From contig JAOMDR010000003.1 in the NCBI GenBank assembly GCA_028345575.1, forward strand, positions 8,777 through 72,776: 64,000 nt of DNA, given 5' to 3'. This document shows positions 48,482 through 56,933 of this stretch, piece by piece. Below the pieces are notes generated by a model. That model was not told the origin of the DNA. It saw only the letters and a list, made by a program, of their open reading frames with translations, and made no database searches. A program made the translations under genes and the position numbers. Source of the stretch: Candidatus Nitrosopelagicus sp. (lineage in GTDB: Archaea; Thermoproteota; Nitrososphaeria; Nitrososphaerales; Nitrosopumilaceae). How positions within the stretch are numbered: the stretch's first letter is position 1; each line of letters opens with the position of its first letter.

Positions 48482-49689
48482 GAAATACCTAACTCATTTC
48501 TAATTTCATCAACTGCACGAATTCCAAAAATATCTCTAACTTGAGGTATTCTTATTGCTTCTTTTAGTAATTCTTTTCCCAGATTTTCTGCCATTACATT
48601 CAGCACTTCCGAAAATCGTAATTCCCACTTATCTGCACAATCAAAAATCTTCCCTACTGCCCATTGTCTTACTTCATGTGGTAATGGAATTTTATCTTCC
48701 GTTTCAATTGAGAGTTTATCAAACAAATTAATTAATTCAGTTGTTTGAGCAGCCATTTTTTCAATATCTTTAATATCTCCATATTTTGATTCTGCTTGCA
48801 TTCTGATACTTGATTGATATTCGTTAAGTTTCAAAATTGCCATAACCTCTTTAGAATTATCATCTGAAGCCTTGTTTGTGACTCCCTTTACGCCTTGTAA
48901 TTCGTGCATAACTTTGTCTGTTTTTTGATGAAATTCTGAAGCAATTTGGTCTGAACGGTCAATCATATTTGAAATATTTGATATTTTTTCCTCCATTTCG
49001 GATTTGAATGTCTTCATTCCATCTCCAATTAAAGATGAAATTTTTGGACTTGAAACTAATCCTCCAATTTCATTTTTCAAATTAGACATGTCTTTTCCAA
49101 TATCTCCAGTTCTGTTAGTAATTGATTTTATACTCTCTCGTAATTCTTCAATTTGTGATGTAATGTTTCCTTCTGTTTTTGTTGGAACTTTATCGATCTT
49201 CTCTTTTACCTCATCTACTCTATTTGCAATTTTCATAATCATTTTTGAATTATTTTGGATAGATTCTTTACTTTCTGAAATTGATTTCATAATTTCATTG
49301 GTTTTTGGAACTGTTTTTTGATTTTCGTTTATTTTGATAATTTTTTTATCAATCTCTTCTGTTTGCTTGTTTAATTTTGCAATAAATTTTTCATGTACTT
49401 TTACTTGATTGAATCCTGCAAACAATCTTTGTGTATCTTCTTCAATTATGTCCATTTGTTTTGATTGTTTTTGCATCTGAGACATTGCCAAACTTAATGA
49501 TTCCATCATACTGCTCATTGAAACCAAAACTTTTTGATTATCTTTAAAGATCTTAGCCATTTCTCTAATCTCTTTAGATAACACTTTTGTTGATTCTGAA
49601 ACTGTATTCACTTTATTGAATAATTTTGCTGGACTTGGGTCTCTATTTGTTTTGGCAGATTGTTTTTTTGTATTCTTCCTTTCAGTCAT
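48478..49689 (-). CDS. Long coiled-coil protein of unknown function
   Basis: Heptad-rich E/K/Q/M composition over ~300 aa, small globular C-terminus. Confidence 0.78.
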   Translation of the reverse strand: MTERKNTKKQSAKTNRDPSPAKLFNKVNTVSESTKVLSKEIREMAKIFKDNQKVLVSMSSMMESLSLAMSQMQKQSKQMDIIEEDTQRLFAGFNQVKVHEKFIAKLNKQTEEIDKKIIKINENQKTVPKTNEIMKSISESKESIQNNSKMIMKIANRVDEVKEKIDKVPTKTEGNITSQIEELRESIKSITNRTGDIGKDMSNLKNEIGGLVSSPKISSLIGDGMKTFKSEMEEKISNISNMIDRSDQIASEFHQKTDKVMHELQGVKGVTNKASDDNSKEVMAILKLNEYQSSIRMQAESKYGDIKDIEKMAAQTTELINLFDKLSIETEDKIPLPHEVRQWAVGKIFDCADKWELRFSEVLNVMAENLGKELLKEAIRIPQVRDIFGIRAVDEIRNELGIS

Positions 49690-49751
49690 ACCAATCTAAA
49701 TTCACATTGCTGGTTTAAAAAGTGCGGTATAAAAAAAGAAAAACGAGAAGA

Positions 49752-49859
49752 TTATTTGTTGATAATCTCTGGGTCGTGTAATAGCTGATGAAATGTTTTC
49801 TCAGCTAATCCGTTTTGGCTTTCAACAAAACCTCTGTTACAGTATTCGCATTGTATCAT
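49752..49859 (-). CDS. 35-aa C2H2-type Zn-finger microprotein, missed by the ORF track
   Basis: MIQCEYCNRGFVESQNGLAEKTFHQLLHDPEIINK; TATA-like TATATA 24-29 nt upstream; T-rich tract downstream on the minus strand. Confidence 0.7.
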   Translation of the reverse strand: MIQCEYCNRGFVESQNGLAEKTFHQLLHDPEIINK

Positions 49860-49862
49860 GTA

Positions 49863-49879
49863 TACCGTATGGTACGGTA
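49863..49879. promoter_or_regulatory. Palindromic operator candidate TACCGTA-TGG-TACGGTA
   Basis: Perfect 7-bp inverted repeat between the TATA box (49883-49888) and the microprotein ATG (49859). Confidence 0.6.
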
Positions 49880-49914
49880 CGATATATACCGGGGGTTCTA
49901 TTGAAATAACCATT

Positions 49915-49976
49915 TCTGGTCAGATACCCCAGAGCTTATTTCTTCACAAATCAGACACTCTGATCATCATCCCAGA
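49915..49976 (-). ncRNA. Box C/D guide sRNA
   Basis: Minus strand: TCTGGG-ATGATGA(C)-tcagagtgt-CTGA(D')-ttt-GTGAAGA(C')-aataagctctggggtat-CTGA(D)-CCAGA; 5-bp terminal stem; TTTATTT box about 25-30 nt upstream. Confidence 0.78.
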
Positions 49977-50054
49977 TATTTCATCTAAAATTTTATCCAA
50001 AATAAAGCCGTATCCTGAAAATCGTTTTAAATTAACAAATCCCACATATTATAG

Positions 50055-51380
50055 ATGCAAAATATTTTCCTTCAGTTAGGTACTGGAAATGGTGAAAGCT
50101 CAATTGAAGACGGAGTTTGGAATCTGGTTGATAAAATCAATCCTTTACAGATGCCACATGATACCTTTGTAACTGATTTGGCAGTGATAATGATTCTTGC
50201 AGGAATTGTTACCCTTGCATTCTTTAAGATACGACAACCTCTCATTATTGGATATCTATTTGCAGGAATGTTGATTGGTCCGTTATCACCTCTTTGGACA
50301 TCTTTTCTTCCTGAAAGTGGAACTGGTGGTGATGCCCATGGTGGTTCAATAGGAATACTTTCAGATATTGCTGCACTCAATGTTTTTGCTGAGATTGGTG
50401 TTATCTTACTTTTGTTTGTAATTGGTATAGAATTCCCATTTGCAAAAATACGTTCTATTGGAAAAGTTGCAATTTTGGTAGGATCACTCGGCCTATTTCT
50501 CACTTTAATTGTAGTATTTTATGCATCTACTCTACTTGGACTAGGATTCATGGATTCATTATTCATATCGGCTGCATTATCTATCAGTAGTACTGCAATA
50601 ATTGTAAAAGTTTTAGAAGAAACAGGGAAGATCAAAAAAGAATCTTCTATTTTGGTTTTAGGTATATTGATTGTAGAAGATGTTATTGCTGTAATTTTAA
50701 TTGCGTCATTAGAATCAATTGCATTAGCAGGAACTGTCTCAATTGAAGGTGCAATTGCTGTTGTGGTTGTTGCAACTATTTTGATAGTTGGAACTTTCAC
50801 TGTTGGAATTCGTACAGTTCCAAAATTAATCGATAAGGTTGCAAGTGCAGAAAATCGAGAGATTTTGTTACTTAGTGTTTTAGGTGTATGTTTTGGGTAT
50901 GCATTATTAGCAAATATTGTAGGATTATCTGTGGCAATTGGTGCATTTCTTGCTGGTGTATTAGTAGCTGAATCAAAATCTGCAGAAGTTTCAAAAATCC
51001 TATCTAGTCCAATAAAAGACATGTTTGTTGCAATCTTCTTTGTTTCTGTTGGTGCTCTAATGGATGTTAGTCAATTAGAAAACTACATTTTCATTGCAAT
51101 TGCACTAATTGCAGTCGCGCTTGGTATGAAGCTTGGAGGAAATCTGCTCGGAAATATTATGCTTAAACAACCAAAACCAAAATCACTCCGTTCTGCTTTT
51201 ACACTTGCAGCGCCAAGGGGTGAATTCTCAATCGTGATAGTCAAGGTTGGAGTTGATGCTGGAGTTGTTAGTGCATTTTTGTTCCCATTGATAGGAATAA
51301 TTGCAATAATTACAGCATTTATCACACCTTTCTTAGTAAAAGCTGGTGATTTTGTGATACCAAAATTGGTGAGGAAATAA
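50055..51380 (+). CDS. Cation:proton antiporter (CPA2/Kef-type membrane domain)
   Basis: P.IIGYL.AG..IGP, E.GV..LLF..G.E, SSTAI..K, L..ED, GAFLAG, PRGEFS. Confidence 0.93.
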   Translation: MQNIFLQLGTGNGESSIEDGVWNLVDKINPLQMPHDTFVTDLAVIMILAGIVTLAFFKIRQPLIIGYLFAGMLIGPLSPLWTSFLPESGTGGDAHGGSIGILSDIAALNVFAEIGVILLLFVIGIEFPFAKIRSIGKVAILVGSLGLFLTLIVVFYASTLLGLGFMDSLFISAALSISSTAIIVKVLEETGKIKKESSILVLGILIVEDVIAVILIASLESIALAGTVSIEGAIAVVVVATILIVGTFTVGIRTVPKLIDKVASAENREILLLSVLGVCFGYALLANIVGLSVAIGAFLAGVLVAESKSAEVSKILSSPIKDMFVAIFFVSVGALMDVSQLENYIFIAIALIAVALGMKLGGNLLGNIMLKQPKPKSLRSAFTLAAPRGEFSIVIVKVGVDAGVVSAFLFPLIGIIAIITAFITPFLVKAGDFVIPKLVRK

Positions 51381-51381
51381 A

Positions 51382-51810
51382 TTGTCAAATAAAGAGTTAG
51401 ATGAATTTTTAAAAAATTGTCATAAAGATTTGTCTGTTGAAGATTTTGAAGGCAAGAAAGTTCCATGTATTGGATTTGAAGGGCGTAAGTTTGATGATAT
51501 GCTGAATAAGGTAGCAGGAAAGCCATTATCTGTAGATACTAATCTAAACATTTTACAAGATGGACTGGGTCATGTGTTTGTTGAAATGCTCCTCACATTT
51601 TCACATGGTGAAATAAATGAAAAAATTTTGGTAAATGCAAATGAAAATTTTGAATTCTTCGAAGCACTTGCTAAAAGTACCATGCTTGCTATCGCTTCTG
51701 TAACTCATCCTGAAAAAATTTTTATGATTCAACTACCAAAACCTGAAAAAACTCATGAAGCATTAGAAATAATAAAAACTGGATTAGCCAATAAACTTTC
51801 AAATAAATAA
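51382..51810 (+). CDS. Hypothetical protein
   Basis: 142-aa ORF 1 nt after the antiporter stop; TTG start. Confidence 0.72.
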   Translation: MSNKELDEFLKNCHKDLSVEDFEGKKVPCIGFEGRKFDDMLNKVAGKPLSVDTNLNILQDGLGHVFVEMLLTFSHGEINEKILVNANENFEFFEALAKSTMLAIASVTHPEKIFMIQLPKPEKTHEALEIIKTGLANKLSNK

Positions 51811-51864
51811 TACTATATTCGCAATATTGAAAATTCTTAAATGAAATAATCTACACCATATTTT

Positions 51865-52611
51865 ATGAAAATAGTTCAATTATCTGATGTTCATTTTGGA
51901 GCACAATTTCGTGATGATGTTTTCAATCAGGTAATTGATGAAGTTAACGAGTTATCTCCAGATGCTGTAATTCTTACTGGTGATTTAACAAATGAAGGTC
52001 TTAAAGAAGAATATGAGGGCTGCAAAGAACTAATTTCAAAAATAAATGTAAAAAAAATTATAGCGATTAGTGGTAATCATGATTATCGAAACACTGGATA
52101 TCTGCATTTTAAGAAATATTTTCCATTTCAGACAATCAATGAACTAAGTGATGATGTTGTTGTTGTAACACTTGGTACCGCTAGACCTGATCGTGATGAA
52201 GGTGAGGTTGGATATAGACAAACATTGTGGCTTGAAAGAACCATGAAAAAATATGAAGATAAGGTAACAATCCTTGCAATGCACCATCATTTGATAGGAA
52301 TTCCTGATACTGGTTCTGATAGATTGACCATTATTGATGCTGGAGATGTTCTACGTGCTACCTTGGATGCTAAGGTAAATCTTGTTTTGTGCGGACATAA
52401 ACATCGACCTTGGATGTGGGATTTCAGCAATCTATTAATTGCAAATGCTGGAACAACCTCATCAAAACGTGTGAGAGGATTCTTTGAAAACAGCTACAAC
52501 ATAATCACTATTGAAAATAAAAAAATCCAGGTAGACCTTAAAATTATAGGTGGAAAAAGAACTCCTTTGAGGGATATTACAAAAAATTATGCTAGATTTG
52601 AAGATGAATAA
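51865..52611 (+). CDS. Calcineurin-like metallophosphoesterase
   Basis: SDVH, TGDLT, GNHD, HH, GHKH motifs. Confidence 0.92.
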   Translation: MKIVQLSDVHFGAQFRDDVFNQVIDEVNELSPDAVILTGDLTNEGLKEEYEGCKELISKINVKKIIAISGNHDYRNTGYLHFKKYFPFQTINELSDDVVVVTLGTARPDRDEGEVGYRQTLWLERTMKKYEDKVTILAMHHHLIGIPDTGSDRLTIIDAGDVLRATLDAKVNLVLCGHKHRPWMWDFSNLLIANAGTTSSKRVRGFFENSYNIITIENKKIQVDLKIIGGKRTPLRDITKNYARFEDE

Positions 52612-52683
52612 TTTCTATCCAAAATTTTTATCCTATTTATTCTCAAGTTATACTAATTAACCAACGTAATTCAATCAGTTTGA

Positions 52684-52770
52684 GCGGGGGTCGCCTAGCC
52701 CGGTATGGCGTGAGATTGCTAATTTCATGTTCGCAAGAACTCGTGGGTTCAAATCCCTCTCCCCGCGCCA
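52684..52770 (+). tRNA. tRNA-Ser(GCT) with encoded CCA
   Basis: Acceptor GCGGGGG/TCCCCGC, discriminator G, anticodon loop TT-GCT-AA, long variable arm GTTC-GCAA-GAAC; one T-T mismatch in the T stem. Confidence 0.93.
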
Positions 52771-52811
52771 GCTTTAATATTGACTTAATCTTGATATAAT
52801 TTAGAAATAAA

Positions 52812-52973
52812 ATGGGACGTCGTAAAAGTCAAAAAATAGTAAAAACAGGTCCAAAAAATGTTACCACTGGAATGTGTCCTTTGTGTCAAACAATCGGTCG
52901 AATTTTCATTATTGGACATGTTGGAGAAGAAAGAGCTAAATGTCCTGCATGTAATCAAGAATTTGATTTATAG
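52812..52973 (+). CDS. 53-aa basic Zn-ribbon microprotein, Elf1-like N-terminus; missed by the ORF track
   Basis: MGRRKSQKIVKTGPKNVTTGMCPLCQTIGRIFIIGHVGEERAKCPACNQEFDL. Confidence 0.78.
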   Translation: MGRRKSQKIVKTGPKNVTTGMCPLCQTIGRIFIIGHVGEERAKCPACNQEFDL

Positions 52974-53024
52974 CTAGACTGAGCGTAACCATACCTTTTT
53001 AAAGAATTTTTCTAATATCAGAAT

Positions 53025-53198
53025 ATGAGTTCTGAAGGAGAAGGAACAGTTTACGACAGAATCGAAAAACTAGAAGATGAAATTGCAACTTTACGAAATG
53101 AAATTGATGTAATAAAAAATGCTTTTAGAAATGAACTTGCAAGGCACGAAGTTAAGATGATCAAAAAAGGTCACGATGTTTCATCAATTATTGATTAA
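53025..53198 (+). CDS. 57-aa coiled-coil microprotein, missed by the ORF track
   Basis: MSSEGEGTVYDRIEKLEDEIATLRNEIDVIKNAFRNELARHEVKMIKKGHDVSSIID; TTTTTAAA box about 25 nt upstream. Confidence 0.75.
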   Translation: MSSEGEGTVYDRIEKLEDEIATLRNEIDVIKNAFRNELARHEVKMIKKGHDVSSIID

Positions 53199-54012
53199 TC
53201 TTTTCCCTAATTTCTCTAATTAATTCTAAAACAAAATCTACATCTTCTGCATTTGGTTCCATTTCTAAGTATTTGTTAAGAAATTCTATTGCATTTTCAT
53301 AGTTTTTTAATTTTTCTTCTATAATTCCAATATCGCGAATTTCATCTGGTGATTCTGGTAATATCTCTAAAATCATTCTATTACACATATTTGCCATTTC
53401 ATATGCAAACGAATCTGTGTATGAATTTTTCAAATTTCTTAACATACGTACTATTATTTTTTCATCAGAAATTTGATTTAGATAATCTGGCTCAAATTCT
53501 ACCGAATCACCATAATTTTGATATAAAATTTCTTGTAAATTTTCTAATTCTAATAATCTGCCTCTGTTAAATGGATCTAAAATCATCTCTTCTTCATATT
53601 TGACAATAACGTGACTTGGAAATCCTACTATCTTTAATTCTAAATCTGCATATTTTGCAATTTCTTTGTATAAAATACATAATGTGATTGGTATTCCTGA
53701 TCTTTCTTCTAAAACGTAATTAAGAAAATTATTTTTTGGATTATAGTAATCATCTAAATCTCCTTCAAATTCTTCTACATCGAATAGAAATTCATTTAAT
53801 AGTGAAATTACATAAGTTGGATTTTTTGATTCTGCAACTCTATTTCTAAAGTTCACACCTAATTCTTTAATCTCATCAATTTCCTTTGATATGCATAATT
53901 CAGGATATTCAAGAATTTGTGCTAGTTTTAGACATTTTTCAATTAAATTATAATTTTCATTGCTAACGAACGAACTCCATTCTGAAACAAGTGAGACTTC
54001 CCTCTCATTCAT
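53188..54012 (-). CDS. SirB1-like protein (transglutaminase-like core + TPR)
   Basis: F.G...DYY.P.N.FL..VL..R.GIPITL..LY, G.P.H, DPF..G, RMLRNLK..Y, TPR tail. Confidence 0.9.
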   Translation of the reverse strand: MNEREVSLVSEWSSFVSNENYNLIEKCLKLAQILEYPELCISKEIDEIKELGVNFRNRVAESKNPTYVISLLNEFLFDVEEFEGDLDDYYNPKNNFLNYVLEERSGIPITLCILYKEIAKYADLELKIVGFPSHVIVKYEEEMILDPFNRGRLLELENLQEILYQNYGDSVEFEPDYLNQISDEKIIVRMLRNLKNSYTDSFAYEMANMCNRMILEILPESPDEIRDIGIIEEKLKNYENAIEFLNKYLEMEPNAEDVDFVLELIREIREKINQ

Positions 54013-55226
54013 TACATGTGTTTTGAACCGGTAGATAAATCCCTTTTCAGATAAAGTTCTGGTTCTTTTAATTCTCTTGTACTAGGTGGTTTTTCAATCA
54101 AAAATCTAAAAGCATCTTTTCCAAATTTATTAAATACTTTTTCTGTTAATTCTTTTCCCATATTCTTTCTCACTTTATACGATGAAAAATCTGTTCCCAT
54201 GAAAGTAGTTAGATAATTCTGGAAATCATCGTCATCTTGTAAAATATTTTGTACTGCAAATTCTGCTATTCCTTCCATGGTAGAAAATGCTGCATGATGT
54301 GTTTGAATTGGTAATAACCATCTTTGATAAATCTCTGATAATTCTGGAACAATCTCTGAAATTTTAGGATCTATCTCCACATGCGAATAAGTCATAACAT
54401 CTGGTCCTAACTCATTCACTACAAAATTGTCCGGATTTAACATGAAAAATAGATTAGCTCGTTTTGCAATTGGAAAGTTATCTGGTACGGTTTGTAATTG
54501 TAAATAATCATAAAGATTTTTTGTAGCATCCTCTTCTAAATTAATAATTATTTCAGCTAATTCTTCATTAATAGAATTTACATTTATTGCTGCATTTTTG
54601 TTATCTTCTTGTAAATTATCCTGTGTGGAATGAACTATTTCTTCCACCATTGTCATTTTGAGAGCTCCTTTGTAACCTGATTCTACCTGTTCTTTTCGTA
54701 AGTCATATGGTTGACCTTGTTTATAGAGAATAATTTTTGGATAGCTTGATAGAATAAACTTGTTAAGGTATACACAAGAATCTAAATAATCTCCATAAGT
54801 GGTTGAAATTTTTGAAATGTATGATTTTGCATAAGTAGAATATACTAAAAATTTCTCAGTATCTTTTTCAATTAATTGTGCAATACCTTTGATATCCAAA
54901 TCTGCTACCGCTGAGAATAATTCATCAACAAAATCTCTTGATTGTTTTGTTGCAAACACCTTCTTCCCCTTCAATAATTTAAATCCCTTTAAATCTGGAA
55001 ATTCAACTCTGAGGTTTGGTTTAACTGAAAATCCTGTAAACTCTTCAACTTTTTTAGAAATATCTGGAAATATTTTTTTAGAAAATTTTTCTAATTCTGT
55101 AAACTGATTAGGAAATTCTGGATCATCATCAATTTTTTCTGATAATTTAGCAATTTCTTTTTCTTCATCAATTTCAACTGAAATTTGATCTAAAAGCGCT
55201 TCTGCAAATTCTGTAAATTCTCCCAT
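54012..55226 (-). CDS. Zincin-like (DUF2342/Zincin_2-type) protein with EExxH variant motif
   Basis: MVEEIVHSTQ ... STMEGIAEF ... Y.....G ... PP...EL..P..Y. Confidence 0.6.
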   Translation of the reverse strand: MGEFTEFAEALLDQISVEIDEEKEIAKLSEKIDDDPEFPNQFTELEKFSKKIFPDISKKVEEFTGFSVKPNLRVEFPDLKGFKLLKGKKVFATKQSRDFVDELFSAVADLDIKGIAQLIEKDTEKFLVYSTYAKSYISKISTTYGDYLDSCVYLNKFILSSYPKIILYKQGQPYDLRKEQVESGYKGALKMTMVEEIVHSTQDNLQEDNKNAAINVNSINEELAEIIINLEEDATKNLYDYLQLQTVPDNFPIAKRANLFFMLNPDNFVVNELGPDVMTYSHVEIDPKISEIVPELSEIYQRWLLPIQTHHAAFSTMEGIAEFAVQNILQDDDDFQNYLTTFMGTDFSSYKVRKNMGKELTEKVFNKFGKDAFRFLIEKPPSTRELKEPELYLKRDLSTGSKHM

Positions 55227-55338
55227 AACAAAAACAAAATGAAAACTAATTTAATACTATCTTAATCCATTAACTTTTTCAATAATCTAACCAAAATTTG
55301 CTTGTTTTTGATATCATGCTTTCCTAAAATTTTTAGAA

Positions 55339-55412
55339 TGCAGTCACCGGGATTTGAACCCGGGTCACTAACTTGGCAAGCTAGAATAATAACCAAACTA
55401 TACTATGACTGC
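55339..55412 (-). tRNA. tRNA-Gly(GCC)
   Basis: GCAGTCA/TGACTGC acceptor, loop TT-GCC-AA, GGTTCAAATCC T arm; no encoded CCA. Confidence 0.95.
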
Positions 55413-55494
55413 TCAAACGTCTAAAAAAAAGTTGCATATTAAAGCCTAATGATTCAATATCAATTTTTTAATTCATCTATTGTATTAATCAGAC

Positions 55495-55737
55495 ATGGAT
55501 GAACAAATCATAAAAATTCTTGTTAAAAAAATAAGTGAAATAAAAACAGAAAACGACCAAACTAAACGAATTATTAATGAATTCTCAAATCTTGATTCTG
55601 CTTCATTTTCTTCAGGAATTATGATTGGACGTTTGTTGAATTCTTTTCATTATCAACATCGCAGAATTTTAAAACGAAACCCAACTGATAATGAATTTAA
55701 TGAATTTCTTAAATTTTTAAAAAAGGAATTAGGATAA
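55495..55737 (+). CDS. Small hypothetical protein
   Basis: 80-aa ORF, G..IGRL.NSF.YQ.RRIL.R.PT..EF.EF. Confidence 0.7.
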   Translation: MDEQIIKILVKKISEIKTENDQTKRIINEFSNLDSASFSSGIMIGRLLNSFHYQHRRILKRNPTDNEFNEFLKFLKKELG

Positions 55738-56244
55738 ATTCTCTACTTTCTTATTTTCAAAGAAGACGATTGTTGGTGTTCCTGGTAATTTCACACATGA
55801 TTTTCGTAATGCACTTTTTGCTGCTTCAAGATGTTCTTTATCTACATTCATCTCCATTATGACTTGTCCTTGTCTTGCTCTTACTGCAAGACTATTTGCT
55901 TTTCCAAATGCACGTCTCATACCTTCTGAGAGTCTATCTGCACCTGCTGCTGCAATAGTTTTATTTTCTCTTAATCTGACATGTGGGTAAACCCTCAAAC
56001 GTGAATTATATCCTGTTTCACCTGTGGTTTTTTCTAGTGTTTTGTTTGCAGCCAATCTGGTTGATTCAAGAGCCATATGTCTAATCTGGACTTTTTCATT
56101 AATTTTTAATTGTACACAATACTCGAATTGTCTTTTTTTATTTCCACTGTTAAATTTTGCAATTTTGATTTGTGGCTTTCCTTTGATATGCCTTGTATTG
56201 GCATAAGGTTGTCCATTTCCTTTTCTATAACAGGCACCATGCAT
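55729..56244 (-). CDS. rpl10e: 50S ribosomal protein L10e (uL16)
   Basis: QIRH.ALES.R...N, RVYPH..LRENK...AGADR..EGMR.AFGK. Confidence 0.96.
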   Translation of the reverse strand: MHGACYRKGNGQPYANTRHIKGKPQIKIAKFNSGNKKRQFEYCVQLKINEKVQIRHMALESTRLAANKTLEKTTGETGYNSRLRVYPHVRLRENKTIAAAGADRLSEGMRRAFGKANSLAVRARQGQVIMEMNVDKEHLEAAKSALRKSCVKLPGTPTIVFFENKKVENLS

Positions 56245-56357
56245 ACCAATGAAACTCTAACAACCCTATTTTAACGATTAGCATAACATGCAGTGATCTC
56301 GTATGTTTTTGAGTATATTCTGCAGAATTATTATATCGCAATACCTCTAAAGGAGGT

Positions 56358-56933
56358 ATGTCATTTGATTTTGAAACAAAGATCACAGCAAAATTCATAG
56401 ATGAAAAATCAATTGTGATTAATCCAAAAATGCAGAATGTTCTATCTGAGAGAGGATTTGGTGAATCAGAAAAAGATACCTTGATTCTAAATTCCTTTGA
56501 AACTCTATATCTTCTCTATAACAATAAACTTGAACTAAAAAAAATAAACAAGAATATTGTTTTTGATGAACTAATCCAAAAGTATATGAAAAAAAATGAT
56601 GATATTTTAACGCGGTTTTTACTTTACAGAGATTTACGAACTAAAGGATATGTCGTTAAAGATGGTTTTGGTTTTGGTTCTGATTTTCGAGTTTATGAAA
56701 AGGGAACCTATGGGCAAAAAGATGCAAAATTTCTTATTTTTGCCTTCAATGAAGGTACACAACAAAAAATTGGTAAACTCTACAAAAACATAGATGAAAT
56801 AACTCGAATGGGTAAAGAGCCTATTATTGCAGTAATTGAACGCCGCGGAGAAATAATATATTATAAAATTAATAAAATGAATTTCCTGAAAAATGAATCT
56901 GAACTTGAAATGAAGGATTTCAATTTTAATTAG
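56358..56933 (+). CDS. endA: tRNA-splicing endonuclease subunit (probably the structural subunit)
   Basis: L...E.LYL, Y.DLR.KGY.VK.G..FG.DFRVY; no His after the conserved Tyr. Confidence 0.88.
   Translation: MSFDFETKITAKFIDEKSIVINPKMQNVLSERGFGESEKDTLILNSFETLYLLYNNKLELKKINKNIVFDELIQKYMKKNDDILTRFLLYRDLRTKGYVVKDGFGFGSDFRVYEKGTYGQKDAKFLIFAFNEGTQQKIGKLYKNIDEITRMGKEPIIAVIERRGEIIYYKINKMNFLKNESELEMKDFNFN

Noticed and set aside
48478-49689. Coiled-coil protein as SMC or chemoreceptor
   Set aside because: No Walker A/B or hinge, no MCP hairpin signature, no TM helices.
49858-50079. 73-aa + strand ORF
   Set aside because: Runs antisense through the operator, the C/D sRNA and two promoters; no protein-like features.
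56289-56328. TGCAG...CTGCA stem and ATTCTGCAGAAT palindrome between rpl10e and endA
   Set aside because: No complete C/D or H/ACA box set; short pairings in a divergent promoter can arise by chance. It may be a binding site but I cannot support that.
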